From the NCBI RefSeq assembly GCF_009931435.1, contig NZ_CP043414.1: 64,000 bases of DNA; one strand, given 5' to 3'. Shown here piece by piece: positions 9,330-20,239 of this stretch. Numbering within the stretch: the first letter of the stretch is position 1; every line of letters begins with the position of its first letter. Below the pieces are notes generated by a model that was not told where the DNA came from, searched no databases, and was given only the letters and a program-made list of their open reading frames with translations. The stretch comes from Escherichia coli. Lineage in GTDB: Bacteria; Pseudomonadota; Gammaproteobacteria; Enterobacterales; Enterobacteriaceae. Made by a program: the position numbers and the translations under genes.

Positions 9330-11135
9330 ATGACGACACAGGTCCCACCTTCCGCGTTGCTTCCGTTGAACCCGGAGCAACTGGCACGCCTTCAGGCGGC
9401 CACGACCGATTTAACTCCCACCCAGCTTGCCTGGGTTTCTGGCTATTTCTGGGGCGTGCTCAACCAACAGCCTGCTGCGCTTACAGCGACGCCAGCGCCC
9501 GCCCCCGCCGCAGAAATGCCGGGTATAACTATTATCTCCGCTTCGCAAACCGGCAATGCGCGCCGGGTTGCTGAAACATTACGCGATGATTTATTAGCGG
9601 CAAAACTGAACGTTAAGCTGGTGAACGCGGGCGACTATAAATTCAAACAAATCGCCAGCGAAAAACTGCTCATCGTGGTGACGTCAACGCAAGGTGAAGG
9701 GGAACCGCCGGAGGAGGCCGTCGCGCTGCATAAGTTCCTGTTCTCCAAAAAAGCGCCGAAGCTGGAAAACACCGCGTTTGCTGTGTTTAGTCTCGGCGAT
9801 AGCTCTTATGAATTTTTCTGCCAGTCCGGGAAAGATTTTGACAGCAAGCTGGCGGAACTGGGCGGTGAACGCCTGCTCGACCGTGTCGATGCCGACGTTG
9901 AATACCAGGCTGCTGCCATCGAGTGGCGCGCCCGCGTGGTTGATGTTCTGAAGTCCCGTACGCCTGTCGCGGCACCTTCGCAATCCGTCGCTACTGGCGC
10001 GGTAAATGAAATCCACACCAGCCCGTACAGCAAAGACGCGCCGCTGGTGGCGAGCCTCTCTGTTAACCAGAAAATTACCGGGCGTAACTCTGAAAAAGAC
10101 GTTCGCCATATCGAAATTGACTTAGGTGACTCGGGCCTGCGTTACCAGCCGGGTGACGCGCTGGGCGTCTGGTATCAGAACGATCCGGCACTGGTGAAAG
10201 AACTTGTCGAACTGCTGTGGCTGAAAGGCGATGAACCTGTCACCGTCGAGGGCAAAACGTTACCTCTGAACGAGGCCCTACAGTGGCACTTCGAACTGAC
10301 CGTCAACACCGCCAACATCGTTGAGAACTACGCCACGCTTACCCGCAGTGAAACGCTGCTGCCGCTGGTGGGCGATAAAGCGAAGTTACAGCATTACGCC
10401 GCGACGACGCCGATTGTCGATATGGTGCGTTTCTCTCCGGCACAGCTTGACGCTGAAGCCCTCATTAACTTGCTGCGCCCGCTGACGCCGCGCCTGTATT
10501 CCATCGCCTCCTCGCAGGCGGAAGTCGAGAACGAAGTACACGTCACCGTTGGTGTCGTTCGTTATGACATTGAAGGCCGCGCCCGTGCCGGTGGTGCCTC
10601 TAGTTTCCTCGCGGATCGTGTGGAAGAAGAGGGCGAAGTCCGCGTCTTTATCGAACATAACGACAACTTCCGTCTGCCAGCCAACCCGGAAACGCCGGTG
10701 ATTATGATTGGTCCAGGCACCGGCATCGCGCCGTTCCGCGCCTTTATGCAGCAACGTGCTGCTGACGAAGCGCCGGGTAAAAACTGGCTGTTCTTTGGCA
10801 ACCCACACTTTACGGAAGATTTCCTCTATCAGGTGGAGTGGCAGCGCTACGTCAAAGAGGGCGTGCTGACACGTATCGATCTTGCCTGGTCGCGCGATCA
10901 AAAAGAAAAAATTTACGTACAAGACAAACTGCGCGAACAGGGCGCAGAGCTGTGGCGCTGGATCAATGACGGAGCCCACATTTATGTCTGCGGCGACGCT
11001 AATCGCATGGCGAAAGACGTTGAACAGGCACTTCTGGAAGTGATTGCCGAATTTGGTGGCATGGACACCGAAGCGGCGGATGAATTTTTAAGTGAGCTGC
11101 GCGTAGAGCGCCGTTATCAGCGAGATGTCTACTAA
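9330..11135 (+). CDS. cysJ: Sulfite reductase [NADPH] flavoprotein alpha subunit
   Basis: ORF track 9330..11135; N-terminus [24 protein letters not shown]... is CysJ, with flavodoxin and FAD/NADPH domains. Confidence 0.95.
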   Translation: MTTQVPPSALLPLNPEQLARLQAATTDLTPTQLAWVSGYFWGVLNQQPAALTATPAPAPAAEMPGITIISASQTGNARRVAETLRDDLLAAKLNVKLVNAGDYKFKQIASEKLLIVVTSTQGEGEPPEEAVALHKFLFSKKAPKLENTAFAVFSLGDSSYEFFCQSGKDFDSKLAELGGERLLDRVDADVEYQAAAIEWRARVVDVLKSRTPVAAPSQSVATGAVNEIHTSPYSKDAPLVASLSVNQKITGRNSEKDVRHIEIDLGDSGLRYQPGDALGVWYQNDPALVKELVELLWLKGDEPVTVEGKTLPLNEALQWHFELTVNTANIVENYATLTRSETLLPLVGDKAKLQHYAATTPIVDMVRFSPAQLDAEALINLLRPLTPRLYSIASSQAEVENEVHVTVGVVRYDIEGRARAGGASSFLADRVEEEGEVRVFIEHNDNFRLPANPETPVIMIGPGTGIAPFRAFMQQRAADEAPGKNWLFFGNPHFTEDFLYQVEWQRYVKEGVLTRIDLAWSRDQKEKIYVQDKLREQGAELWRWINDGAHIYVCGDANRMAKDVEQALLEVIAEFGGMDTEAADEFLSELRVERRYQRDVY

Positions 11136-12847
11136 TGAACGAAAAACATCCAGGGCCTTTAGTGGTCGAAGGAAAACTGACAGACGCCGAGCGCATGAAG
11201 CTTGAGAGCAACTACCTGCGCGGGACCATTGCGGAAGATTTAAACGACGGTCTGACCGGCGGCTTTAAGGGCGACAACTTCCTGCTGATCCGTTTCCACG
11301 GTATGTATCAGCAGGATGACCGCGATATCCGCGCCGAACGTGCTGAACAGAAGCTGGAACCGCGTCATGCGATGCTGCTGCGCTGCCGTCTGCCGGGTGG
11401 GGTGATCACCACTAAACAGTGGCAGGCAATTGATAAATTCGCCGGTGAAAACACCATTTATGGCAGCATTCGCCTGACCAACCGCCAGACGTTCCAGTTC
11501 CACGGCATTCTGAAAAAGAACGTCAAACCGGTGCACCAGATGCTGCACTCGGTCGGTCTTGATGCGCTGGCGACCGCCAACGACATGAACCGTAATGTAC
11601 TCTGCACCTCGAACCCATTTGAATCTCAGTTGCACGCGGAAGCGTATGAGTGGGCGAAGAAAATCTCTGAACATCTGCTGCCGCGAACCCGCGCCTATGC
11701 GGAGATCTGGCTCGATCAGGAGAAAGTCGCCACTACTGACGAAGAACCGATCCTCGGTCAGACCTATCTGCCGCGTAAATTCAAAACCACGGTAGTGATC
11801 CCGCCGCAGAACGATATCGATCTGCACGCCAACGACATGAACTTTGTGGCGATCGCGGAAAACGGCAAGCTGGTGGGCTTCAACCTGCTGGTGGGCGGTG
11901 GGCTTTCTATCGAACACGGCAACAAGAAAACCTACGCCCGCACGGCGAGTGAGTTTGGTTATCTGCCGCTGGAGCATACGCTGGCGGTGGCGGAAGCCGT
12001 CGTGACAACTCAGCGCGACTGGGGTAACCGAACCGATCGTAAAAATGCCAAAACCAAATACACGCTGGAGCGCGTGGGGGTCGAGACGTTTAAAGCAGAA
12101 GTGGAACGTCGCGCGGGGATCAAATTTGAGCCGATCCGTCCATATGAATTTACCGGGCGCGGCGATCGTATCGGCTGGGTAAAAGGGATCGACGACAAAT
12201 GGCACCTGACGCTGTTTATCGAAAATGGCCGAATTCTTGATTATCCGGGGCGTCCGCTGAAAACCGGCCTGCTGGAGATCGCGAAGATCCACAAAGGTGA
12301 TTTCCGCATTACGGCGAACCAGAATCTGATCATCGCTGGTGTACCGGAAAGCGAGAAAGCGAAGATTGAGAAGATCGCCAAAGAGAGCGGATTGATGAAT
12401 GCCGTCACGCCGCAGCGCGAAAACTCAATGGCCTGCGTGTCATTCCCGACTTGCCCGTTGGCGATGGCGGAAGCGGAGCGTTTCCTGCCGTCGTTTATCG
12501 ATAACATCGATAATTTAATGGCGAAACATGGTGTCAGCGATGAGCACATCGTGATGCGTGTAACAGGCTGCCCGAACGGTTGTGGTCGCGCGATGCTGGC
12601 GGAAGTTGGCCTGGTGGGTAAAGCGCCGGGTCGCTACAACCTGCATCTTGGTGGCAACCGCATTGGGACACGTATCCCACGGATGCATAAAGAAAACATC
12701 ACCGAGCCGGAAATCCTGGCGACGCTTGATGAACTGATAGGGCGCTGGGCGAAAGAACGTGAAGCGGGTGAAGGCTTCGGCGACTTTACGGTGCGTGCGG
12801 GCATCATTCGCCCGGTGCTCGATCCGGCGCGTGATTTGTGGGATTAA
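11135..12847 (+). CDS. cysI: Sulfite reductase [NADPH] hemoprotein beta subunit
   Basis: ORF track 11135..12847; start overlaps the cysJ stop (TAATG). Confidence 0.95.
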   Translation: MNEKHPGPLVVEGKLTDAERMKLESNYLRGTIAEDLNDGLTGGFKGDNFLLIRFHGMYQQDDRDIRAERAEQKLEPRHAMLLRCRLPGGVITTKQWQAIDKFAGENTIYGSIRLTNRQTFQFHGILKKNVKPVHQMLHSVGLDALATANDMNRNVLCTSNPFESQLHAEAYEWAKKISEHLLPRTRAYAEIWLDQEKVATTDEEPILGQTYLPRKFKTTVVIPPQNDIDLHANDMNFVAIAENGKLVGFNLLVGGGLSIEHGNKKTYARTASEFGYLPLEHTLAVAEAVVTTQRDWGNRTDRKNAKTKYTLERVGVETFKAEVERRAGIKFEPIRPYEFTGRGDRIGWVKGIDDKWHLTLFIENGRILDYPGRPLKTGLLEIAKIHKGDFRITANQNLIIAGVPESEKAKIEKIAKESGLMNAVTPQRENSMACVSFPTCPLAMAEAERFLPSFIDNIDNLMAKHGVSDEHIVMRVTGCPNGCGRAMLAEVGLVGKAPGRYNLHLGGNRIGTRIPRMHKENITEPEILATLDELIGRWAKEREAGEGFGDFTVRAGIIRPVLDPARDLWD

Positions 12848-12861
12848 CCATCAGTCCAGTC

Positions 12862-12900
12862 TTGTAGGCCTGATAAGACGCGTAAGCGTCGCATCAGGCA
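12862..12900. repeat. REP element
   Basis: tgtaggcctgataagacgcgtaagcgtcgcatcaggca between cysI and cysH. Confidence 0.7.
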
Positions 12901-12920
12901 AGGCAAACAGTGAGGAATCT

Positions 12921-13655
12921 ATGTCCAAACTCGATCTAAATGCCCTGAACGAACTGCCGAAGGTAGATCGCATTCTGGCGCTGGCGGAAACTAACGCCGA
13001 GCTTGAAAAACTGGATGCTGAAGGCCGTGTTGCCTGGGCGCTGGATAATCTGCCCGGTGAATATGTGCTTTCTTCCAGCTTCGGTATCCAGGCGGCGGTT
13101 AGTCTGCATCTGGTGAATCAGATTCGCCCGGATATTCCGGTGATCCTCACCGATACCGGTTATCTGTTTCCGGAAACCTACCGCTTTATTGACGAGTTAA
13201 CGGACAAACTCAAGCTCAACCTGAAAGTGTACCGCGCTACCGAAAGCGCCGCCTGGCAGGAAGCACGCTACGGCAAACTGTGGGAGCAGGGCGTTGAAGG
13301 CATTGAAAAGTACAACGATATCAACAAAGTCGAACCGATGAACCGGGCGCTGAAAGAACTGAACGCACAAACGTGGTTTGCTGGCCTGCGCCGTGAACAA
13401 TCCGGCAGCCGCGCTAATTTACCGGTGTTGGCAATTCAGCGTGGCGTATTTAAAGTGCTGCCGATTATCGACTGGGATAACCGAACTATTTATCAGTATC
13501 TGCAAAAACATGGCCTGAAATATCACCCATTATGGGACGAAGGATATTTATCGGTTGGTGATACCCATACAACCCGTAAATGGGAACCTGGTATGGCGGA
13601 AGAAGAAACGCGTTTCTTTGGCTTAAAAAGGGAATGTGGGCTGCACGAAGGGTAA
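12921..13655 (+). CDS. cysH: Phosphoadenosine phosphosulfate (PAPS) reductase (244 aa)
   Basis: ORF-track frame 12759..13655 runs through the REP element; start taken at ATG 12921 ([15 protein letters not shown]...) behind GAGGAA. Confidence 0.95.
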   Translation: MSKLDLNALNELPKVDRILALAETNAELEKLDAEGRVAWALDNLPGEYVLSSSFGIQAAVSLHLVNQIRPDIPVILTDTGYLFPETYRFIDELTDKLKLNLKVYRATESAAWQEARYGKLWEQGVEGIEKYNDINKVEPMNRALKELNAQTWFAGLRREQSGSRANLPVLAIQRGVFKVLPIIDWDNRTIYQYLQKHGLKYHPLWDEGYLSVGDTHTTRKWEPGMAEEETRFFGLKRECGLHEG

Positions 13656-13672
13656 ATATTGCCGGATAAAAT

Positions 13673-13710
13673 AAACGCCTCTGTCAGAAATGATGGGGGC
13701 GTTTTTATTT
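13673..13710 (+). terminator. Candidate intrinsic terminator after cysH
   Basis: aaacgcc...ggcgttt stem followed by tttattttg. The loop is long, so confidence is modest. Confidence 0.4.
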
Positions 13711-13918
13711 TGCGAGCCGCATTCCGGCATTTAAACATGAATATAGCAGGGGAAATCAACAGTTATAGAATGGCGTCGGGTGCTTGAGGCTGTCTGGCGT
13801 TGAGCATTCGCGAGGTTCCAGATGGACAAAAGCCCCGGGCGATATTTCTATCAACCTGAGGCTCGCGTTCGAACGTAGCAATTCGAATGTTAGTCTCTTC
13901 TTTGCAGGGAGGCAAGAC

Positions 13919-14071
13919 ATGCTGACAAAATATGCCCTTGTGGCAATCATCGTACTGTGTTGTACAGTACTGGGATTCACGCTGATGGTAGGCGACTCGT
14001 TGTGTGAGTTGAGTATCAGAGAACGTGGTATGGAGTTTAAGGCAGTTCTCGCTTACGAACCGAAGAAGTAG
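13919..14071 (+). CDS. Hok/Gef-family type I toxin (50 aa, HokE-like); likely the hok of a hokX/sokX-type locus
   Basis: [50 protein letters not shown] has a single TM helix and the Hok signature SLCE...AYE. GGGAGG sits 6 nt before the ATG. Confidence 0.7.
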   Translation: MLTKYALVAIIVLCCTVLGFTLMVGDSLCELSIRERGMEFKAVLAYEPKK

Positions 14072-14076
14072 CCACC

Positions 14077-14098
14077 ACGCGGGGGTAAAACCCCGCGT
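14077..14098 (+). other. GC-rich stem-loop at the 3-prime end of the hok transcript
   Basis: acgcgggg gtaaaa ccccgcgt, an 8-bp perfect stem immediately after the hok stop. Confidence 0.4.
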
Positions 14099-14109
14099 AT
14101 TGAATTGTG

Positions 14110-14309
14110 ATGGTTTGGTCTCCTGCACCCTTTTTTTCATTTATATTGTTTTTGTGAATATTATGCCTGTGTTTATTATTTATATATATCACAGATGAAA
14201 ATCATTGAATTATTCATAATGTAAATATTTTATTGAACGATATATATCACAGATAATTTTTAATATATGCGTAAATATCCTTTAAGTTTTACTGAAGGAT
14301 AAAAACATT
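14110..14309 (+). promoter_or_regulatory. AT-rich cas3 upstream region with a tandem direct repeat
   Basis: About 200 bp of very AT-rich sequence; atatatatcacagat occurs twice about 60 bp apart (near 14182 and 14242). Confidence 0.35.
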
Positions 14310-16967
14310 GTGACTTTCTTTGATTTCTGGGGAAAAACCCGACGTGGCGAGAAAGAGGGTGGCGACGATTATCACCTTCTTTGCTGGCATTCGCTGGATG
14401 TAGCCGCGATAGGCTATTTAATGGTCAAAAACAACTGTTTCGGGCTGGCTGACTATTTTCGTCAATTAGGTTTCGCTGACACGGATCAGGCAGCACAATT
14501 TTTCGCCTGGTTGTTGTGCTGGCACGATACTGGAAAATTTGCCCGCTCATTTCAGCAACTTTACCTGCACCCACAACTCAAGGTTCCGGAAGGCGCAAGA
14601 AAGAATTACGAAAAGATCTCTCATTCAACGCTGGGTTACTGGTTGTGGCATCATTATTTAATTGAATGTGAAGAGTTGCTTCCTTCATCTTCACTCTCTT
14701 TGCGCAAACTTAAACGAGTAATAGATATGTGGATGCCCGTGACGACCGGGCATCATGGTCGGCCTCCTGACCGTATCGATGAACTGGACAACTTTCTGCC
14801 TGAAGACAAAGCTGCCGCACGGGATTTTCTCCTTGAAATCAAGGTACTGTTTCCGCTCATCGAGATCCCTACATTCTGGGATGATGACGAGGGCGTTGAA
14901 CTTATAAAACATTTTTCCTGGTATATCTCTGCAACCGTCGTACTCGCAGACTGGACGGGATCGTCAACGCGGTTTTTTCCACGCGTTGCACAGGCAATGG
15001 ATATTAAAGATTACTGGCAGAAGGCTTTAGTTCAGGCTCAAAACGCATTAACCGTCTTTCCCCCAAAAGCAGAAAGCGCGCCTTTCACTGGAATTAATAC
15101 GCTGTTTCCTTTTATTGAGAACCCAACACCGTTACAGCAAAAGGTGTTGGATCTGGATATCAGCCAGCCAGGACCACAGTTGTTTATTCTGGAAGATGTG
15201 ACTGGCGCAGGTAAAACAGAAGCGGCGCTTATCCTGGCGCACAGGTTGATGTCTGCGGGGAAAGCACAGGGTTTGTTTTTTGGCCTGCCAACAATGGCAA
15301 CGGCCAATGCCATGTACGATAGGCTGGTAAAAACCTGGCTTGCTTTCTATTCGCCACAATCCCGCCCCAGCCTGGTGCTGGCACACAGCGCTCGTTCGCT
15401 AATGGATCGCTTTAACGCATCGCTGTGGTCTGGTGATTTTGTGGGGTCAGAAGAACCGGATGAACAAGCGTTCAGTCAGGGATGTGCGGCCTGGTTTGCT
15501 GACAGTAACAAGAAGGCGTTGCTGGCTGAAATTGGCGTCGGCACGCTGGATCAGGCGATGATGGCGGTGATGCCGTTCAAACATAATAATCTGCGGCTTC
15601 TGGGGCTGAGTAACAAAATCCTGCTAGCCGATGAGATCCACGCCTGTGACGCTTATATGTCGTGCATTCTTGAAGGGCTGATCGAGCGGCAGGCGCGTGG
15701 CGGAAACAGCGTTATTTTGCTTTCTGCTACGTTGTCTCAACAGCAGCGTGACAAACTCGTCGCCGCCTTTGCGCGTGGTGCAGAGGGCCAGCAAGAAGCT
15801 CCGTTGCTGGAAAAAGATGATTATCCCTGGCTGACGCATGTCACGAAATCCGATGTGCATTCGCACCGGGTAGCGACGCGCAAAGACGTTGAGCGCAGCG
15901 TGAGTGTGGGTTGGCTTCATAGCGAACAAGAGTGTATTGCGCGTATCGAATCGGCGGTAAGTCAGGGGAAATGCATCGCCTGGATTCGGAATTCTGTCGA
16001 TGACGCCATCCAGGTTCATCGTCAGCTGCTTGCCCGCGGCGTCATTCCTGCTTCCAGCCTTTCACTTTTTCATAGCCGCTTTGCTTTCAGCGATCGCCAG
16101 CGAATTGAAACGGAGACGCTGGCACGCTTTGGTAAAGAAGACTGTTCACAGCGTGCCGGAAAAGTCCTCATTTGTACTCAGGTCCTGGAGCAGAGCGTCG
16201 ACTGCGACCTGGACGAAATGATTTCCGACCTTGCCCCTGTTGATTTACTGATCCAGCGAGCAGGGCGATTACAGCGACATATCCGCGATATTAATGGTCA
16301 GTTAAAGCGTGACGGTAAAGACGAGCGTCACCCTCCTGTATTGCTGATTCTGGCCCCCGTCTGGAACGACTCTCCGGGTGAAGAATGGTTTGGCTGTGCC
16401 ATGCGTAACAGTGCATTTGTCTATCCCGATCATGGGCGAATCTGGTTGACGCAGCGTGTGCTGCGTGAACAAGGCGCGATTCAGATGCCACACTCAGCCC
16501 GGCTTCTGATTGAATCAGTCTACGGTGAGGACGTGGTAATGCCGGAAGGGTTTGCCCGCAGCGAGCAGGAGCAAGTGGGCAAATACTACTGCGATCGTTC
16601 AATGGCTAATAAGTTTGTGCTGAACTTCAGGCCCGGCTATGCCGCCAATATCAACGATTACCTCCCGGAAAAACTGTCGACACGTCTGGCTGAAGAGTCT
16701 GTTTCCCTGTGGCTGGCTAGCTGTATTGGCGGTGTGGTGAAGCCTTATGCCACCGGTGCACACGCATGGGAAATGAGCGTTGTCAGAGTGCGCCAAAGCT
16801 GGTGGAAAAAACATCGGGATAAGTTTTCTTTACTGGAAGGGGATGCGTTCAGGCAGTGGTGCGTTGAACAGCGGCAAGATCCGGAGATGGCAAACGTGAT
16901 TTTGGTCACCGATGACGAAAGTTGTGGATATTCGGCTACGGAGGGATTGATTGGCAAGGTTGGTTGA
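14310..16967 (+). CDS. cas3: Type I-E CRISPR-associated nuclease/helicase Cas3 (885 aa)
   Basis: ORF track 14310..16967 (GTG start). HD motifs (LLCWHSLDVAA, WHDTGKF), Walker A (GAGKTEAAL) and DExH (DEIH) present. N-terminus resembles Salmonella-type Cas3 rather than K-12 YgcB (from memory). Confidence 0.9.
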   Translation: MTFFDFWGKTRRGEKEGGDDYHLLCWHSLDVAAIGYLMVKNNCFGLADYFRQLGFADTDQAAQFFAWLLCWHDTGKFARSFQQLYLHPQLKVPEGARKNYEKISHSTLGYWLWHHYLIECEELLPSSSLSLRKLKRVIDMWMPVTTGHHGRPPDRIDELDNFLPEDKAAARDFLLEIKVLFPLIEIPTFWDDDEGVELIKHFSWYISATVVLADWTGSSTRFFPRVAQAMDIKDYWQKALVQAQNALTVFPPKAESAPFTGINTLFPFIENPTPLQQKVLDLDISQPGPQLFILEDVTGAGKTEAALILAHRLMSAGKAQGLFFGLPTMATANAMYDRLVKTWLAFYSPQSRPSLVLAHSARSLMDRFNASLWSGDFVGSEEPDEQAFSQGCAAWFADSNKKALLAEIGVGTLDQAMMAVMPFKHNNLRLLGLSNKILLADEIHACDAYMSCILEGLIERQARGGNSVILLSATLSQQQRDKLVAAFARGAEGQQEAPLLEKDDYPWLTHVTKSDVHSHRVATRKDVERSVSVGWLHSEQECIARIESAVSQGKCIAWIRNSVDDAIQVHRQLLARGVIPASSLSLFHSRFAFSDRQRIETETLARFGKEDCSQRAGKVLICTQVLEQSVDCDLDEMISDLAPVDLLIQRAGRLQRHIRDINGQLKRDGKDERHPPVLLILAPVWNDSPGEEWFGCAMRNSAFVYPDHGRIWLTQRVLREQGAIQMPHSARLLIESVYGEDVVMPEGFARSEQEQVGKYYCDRSMANKFVLNFRPGYAANINDYLPEKLSTRLAEESVSLWLASCIGGVVKPYATGAHAWEMSVVRVRQSWWKKHRDKFSLLEGDAFRQWCVEQRQDPEMANVILVTDDESCGYSATEGLIGKVG

Positions 16968-17063
16968 TATGCCTGCGACAGGATTCTCTGAATAGTTGAT
17001 ACACAAAAAAGGATGGAAGGATGGATAACCGACCTGGGATGGTCTTTTTACGAGAGGATGCGT

Positions 17064-18626
17064 ATGAACTCGTTTTCACTTCTGACAACCCCGTGGTTGC
17101 CCGTTCGTTATAAAGACGGAACGACAGGCAAACTGGCGCCAGTCGATCTGGCGGATGAAAATGTTGTCGATATCGCTGCGCCGCGGGCAGATCTCCAGGG
17201 TGCGGCATGGCAGTTTTTGCTGGGACTACTACAAACCAGCTTCGCGCCCAAAAATCACGGTCGTTGGGATGATATATGGGAAGACGGACTGGAAGCTGAA
17301 AAGCTAAGGGAAGCATTGCTGTCTTTAGAACATGCTTTCCAGTTTGGCCCAGATTCCCCTTCATTTATGCAGGATTTCGAGGCGCTTACGGGAGATAAAG
17401 TTCCTGTCGCTTCGTTACTGCCTGAAATTCCCGGCGCTCAAACAACGAAGTTCAATAAAGACCACTTTATTAAGCGTGGCGTGACTGAACACATATGCCC
17501 TCATTGTTCCGCGTTAGCGCTGTTTTCCCTACAGTTAAATGCGCCGTCAGGCGGCAAAGGCTATCGCACCGGTTTGCGCGGCGGTGGGCCAATGACGACG
17601 CTGATTGAATTACAGGAATATCAGGGCAATCAACAAACACCCTTGTGGCGCAAACTGTGGCTCAACGTGATGCCGCAGGATGAATCTGACTTACCGCTAC
17701 CCAAAAAATTTGGCGATCTGGTTTTCCCCTGGCTTGGCCCGACGCGTACCAGTGAACTGGCCGGTGCGGTGGTAACTGATGATCAGGTCAACAAACTCCA
17801 GGCGTACTGGGGAATGCCTCGGCGCATACGTGTTGATTTTAATACCACGACAGTCGGCAACTGCGATATTTGCGGTGAGCAGAGCGACGCGCTCCTGAGC
17901 CTGATGACGACCAAAAATTACGGTGCGAATTATGCCATGTGGCAGCATCCCTTAACGCCCTACCGTATACCACTTAAAGAGGGCGGCGAGCTTTACTCGG
18001 TTAAACCACAACCGGGCGGTTTAATCTGGCGCGACTGGCTAGGACTTATCGAAACGGGTAAGTCAGAAAACAATACGGAACTTCCCGCGCTGGTGGTGAA
18101 ACTCTTTAATGCCAGCAGTCTGAAACAGGCAAAAGTGGGCCTGTGGGGATTTGGCTATGATTTCGACAACATGAAAGCGCGCTGTTGGTACGAACACCAT
18201 TTCCCGCTACTGCTCAATAAAAAAGAAGGCCAGATACCAAAGCTGCGGCTGGCTGCGCAAACGGCTTCACGGATTCTAAGTCTGTTACGGAGTGCATTGA
18301 AAGAAGCATGGTTCTCCGATCCAAAAGGTGCACGGGGTGATTTCAGTTTTGTGGATATCGACTTCTGGAACAAAACTCAGCATCGCTTCCTGAGGTTAGT
18401 GCGTCAAATTGAAGAAGGTCAGGAGCCGGATGAATTACTCAGCAAATGGCAAAAGGAAATGTGGTTATTCGCGCGTCAGGATTTTGACGAGCGGGTATTC
18501 ACTAATCCTTATGAGCCCGTTGATTTGAAACGCGTCATGACCGCGCGCAAGAAATATTTTACAACATCGGCGGAGAAGCAAAGTGCTAAAGCCGCCAGGG
18601 AGAAAAAGCAGGAGGCTGCTGAATGA
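17064..18626 (+). CDS. casA: Type I-E Cascade large subunit Cse1/CasA
   Basis: ORF-track frame 17013..18626; start taken at ATG 17064 (MNSFSLLTTPWLPV...) with GAGG 6 nt upstream. ATG 17058 is an alternative. Confidence 0.8.
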   Translation: MNSFSLLTTPWLPVRYKDGTTGKLAPVDLADENVVDIAAPRADLQGAAWQFLLGLLQTSFAPKNHGRWDDIWEDGLEAEKLREALLSLEHAFQFGPDSPSFMQDFEALTGDKVPVASLLPEIPGAQTTKFNKDHFIKRGVTEHICPHCSALALFSLQLNAPSGGKGYRTGLRGGGPMTTLIELQEYQGNQQTPLWRKLWLNVMPQDESDLPLPKKFGDLVFPWLGPTRTSELAGAVVTDDQVNKLQAYWGMPRRIRVDFNTTTVGNCDICGEQSDALLSLMTTKNYGANYAMWQHPLTPYRIPLKEGGELYSVKPQPGGLIWRDWLGLIETGKSENNTELPALVVKLFNASSLKQAKVGLWGFGYDFDNMKARCWYEHHFPLLLNKKEGQIPKLRLAAQTASRILSLLRSALKEAWFSDPKGARGDFSFVDIDFWNKTQHRFLRLVRQIEEGQEPDELLSKWQKEMWLFARQDFDERVFTNPYEPVDLKRVMTARKKYFTTSAEKQSAKAAREKKQEAAE

Positions 18627-19159
18627 GTATTGTAAAAGAGGAGCACAAAGCCACGCTGCGCAAATGGCACGAGGAATTGCAGGAAAAACGCGGCAATCGT
18701 GCCAGTCTGCGGCGTAGTACGACGGTTAATGATGTTTGTTTGTCAGAAGGGTTTCGTTCTCTGCTGATGCAGACCCACACGTTGTGGAAAGTTGAAGCGC
18801 AAGAGTGGCGTTTTACCGCACTGGCACTGGTCGCTGCAGTTAGCGCCAATGTAAAAGCCATTGATGAACGGCAGCCTTTTGCCGCGCAGCTGGCGGCAGT
18901 AATGTCAGAAGGGCGGTTTTCGCGCCTGTCGGCAGTAAAAACGCCGGATGATTTACTGCGCCAGTTACGTCGCGCGGTCAAATTATTAAACGGTTCCGTC
19001 AATCTTATCTCTTTGGCAGACGATATTTTCCGCTGGTGCCAGGAGAGTGACGACCTGCTCAACCATCACCGCCGTCAGCAGCGGCCAACAGAATTTATCC
19101 GTATCCGCTGGGCGCTGGAATATTACCAGGCTGGCGACGCCGATAACGAACAAAATTAA
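18623..19159 (+). CDS. casB: Type I-E Cascade small subunit Cse2/CasB
   Basis: ORF track; start overlaps the casA stop (ATGA) behind AGGAGG. Confidence 0.85.
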   Translation: MSIVKEEHKATLRKWHEELQEKRGNRASLRRSTTVNDVCLSEGFRSLLMQTHTLWKVEAQEWRFTALALVAAVSANVKAIDERQPFAAQLAAVMSEGRFSRLSAVKTPDDLLRQLRRAVKLLNGSVNLISLADDIFRWCQESDDLLNHHRRQQRPTEFIRIRWALEYYQAGDADNEQN

Positions 19160-19173
19160 TAAAGGACTATCTC

Positions 19174-20229
19174 ATGACGACATTTATTCAGCTCCATTTG
19201 TTAACCGCTTACCCTGCAGCCAACCTTAACCGTGATGACACCGGTGCGCCGAAAACCGTGGTGCTGGGTGGAGCAACGCGTCTGCGCGTTTCCTCGCAAA
19301 GTCTGAAACGTGCGTGGCGCACTTCTGCACTTTTTGAACAGGCGCTGGCGGGCCATATTGGTATTCGTAGTGGGCGTATCGCGCGCGAGGCAGCAACTAT
19401 CATGATTGAGAAAGGAATCGAAGAAAAAAAAGCCATCGAATGGGCGGCAGATATTGCCGATTATCTTGGTAAAGCCAAAAAAGACAAAAAAACAAAAGAT
19501 CCGCTCACTAACGCTGAAACTGAACAGCTCGTCCATATCAGCCCTGCAGAATTTGACGCCGTAAAAGCGCTGGCCCATCAACTGGCAGAAGAAAAGCGCG
19601 CGCCAAAAGAGGACGATCTCGCTTTGTTACGTAAAGATCGTATGGCGGTAGATATCGCCATGTTTGGTCGTATGCTGGCGAATAAACCCGAGTTTAATGT
19701 TGAAGCCGCCTGTCAGGTCGCGCACGCGTTTGGTGTCAGTGAAACGATTGTCGAAGATGATTTTTTCACCGCCGTTGATGATTTGCGCCAGGCCTCTGAA
19801 GATGCTGGTGCAGGGCATCTTGGTGAAACTGGGTTTGGTTCTGCGCTGTTCTACACCTATATCTGCATTGATAAAGATCTGCTGGTCGAAAACCTCGGCG
19901 GTGACGAAGCATTAGCTAATCAGACCCTGCGCGCCTTTACGGAAGCAGCGTTTAAAGTTTCCCCAACCGGTAAACAAAACAGCTTTGCCAGCCGTGCCTA
20001 CGCCTCCTGGGCGCTGGCAGAAAAAGGCACCGAACAACCGCGTTCTCTGGCGGCGGCTTTCTATGAACCCATTAATGGCACACGTCAGTTAGATGTGGCA
20101 GTGCAGCGTATTACAACGCTTCGCGAAAACATGAATACGGTTTACGAACAGAAGACCGAATGCGCAAGTTTTGACGTGATGAACAAACAGGGAAGCATGA
20201 AGGACGTGCTGGACTTTATCTGCGCGTAA
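19174..20229 (+). CDS. casC: Type I-E Cascade backbone subunit Cas7e/CasC
   Basis: ORF track; 351 aa with N-terminal ...AANLNRDDTG... typical of Cas7e. Confidence 0.9.
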   Translation: MTTFIQLHLLTAYPAANLNRDDTGAPKTVVLGGATRLRVSSQSLKRAWRTSALFEQALAGHIGIRSGRIAREAATIMIEKGIEEKKAIEWAADIADYLGKAKKDKKTKDPLTNAETEQLVHISPAEFDAVKALAHQLAEEKRAPKEDDLALLRKDRMAVDIAMFGRMLANKPEFNVEAACQVAHAFGVSETIVEDDFFTAVDDLRQASEDAGAGHLGETGFGSALFYTYICIDKDLLVENLGGDEALANQTLRAFTEAAFKVSPTGKQNSFASRAYASWALAEKGTEQPRSLAAAFYEPINGTRQLDVAVQRITTLRENMNTVYEQKTECASFDVMNKQGSMKDVLDFICA

Positions 20230-20239
20230 GGGGCGGCTT

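Noticed and set aside
11240-12292. 350-aa reverse-strand ORF antisense to cysI
   Set aside because: Shadow frame inside cysI; Arg/Gln-rich low-complexity sequence, no start context.
13784-14071. 95-aa ORF-track frame that extends the hok reading frame upstream from a TTG
   Set aside because: The conserved Hok protein starts at ATG 13919 with its own strong Shine-Dalgarno; the upstream extension has no toxin-like sequence and overlaps the expected regulatory leader.
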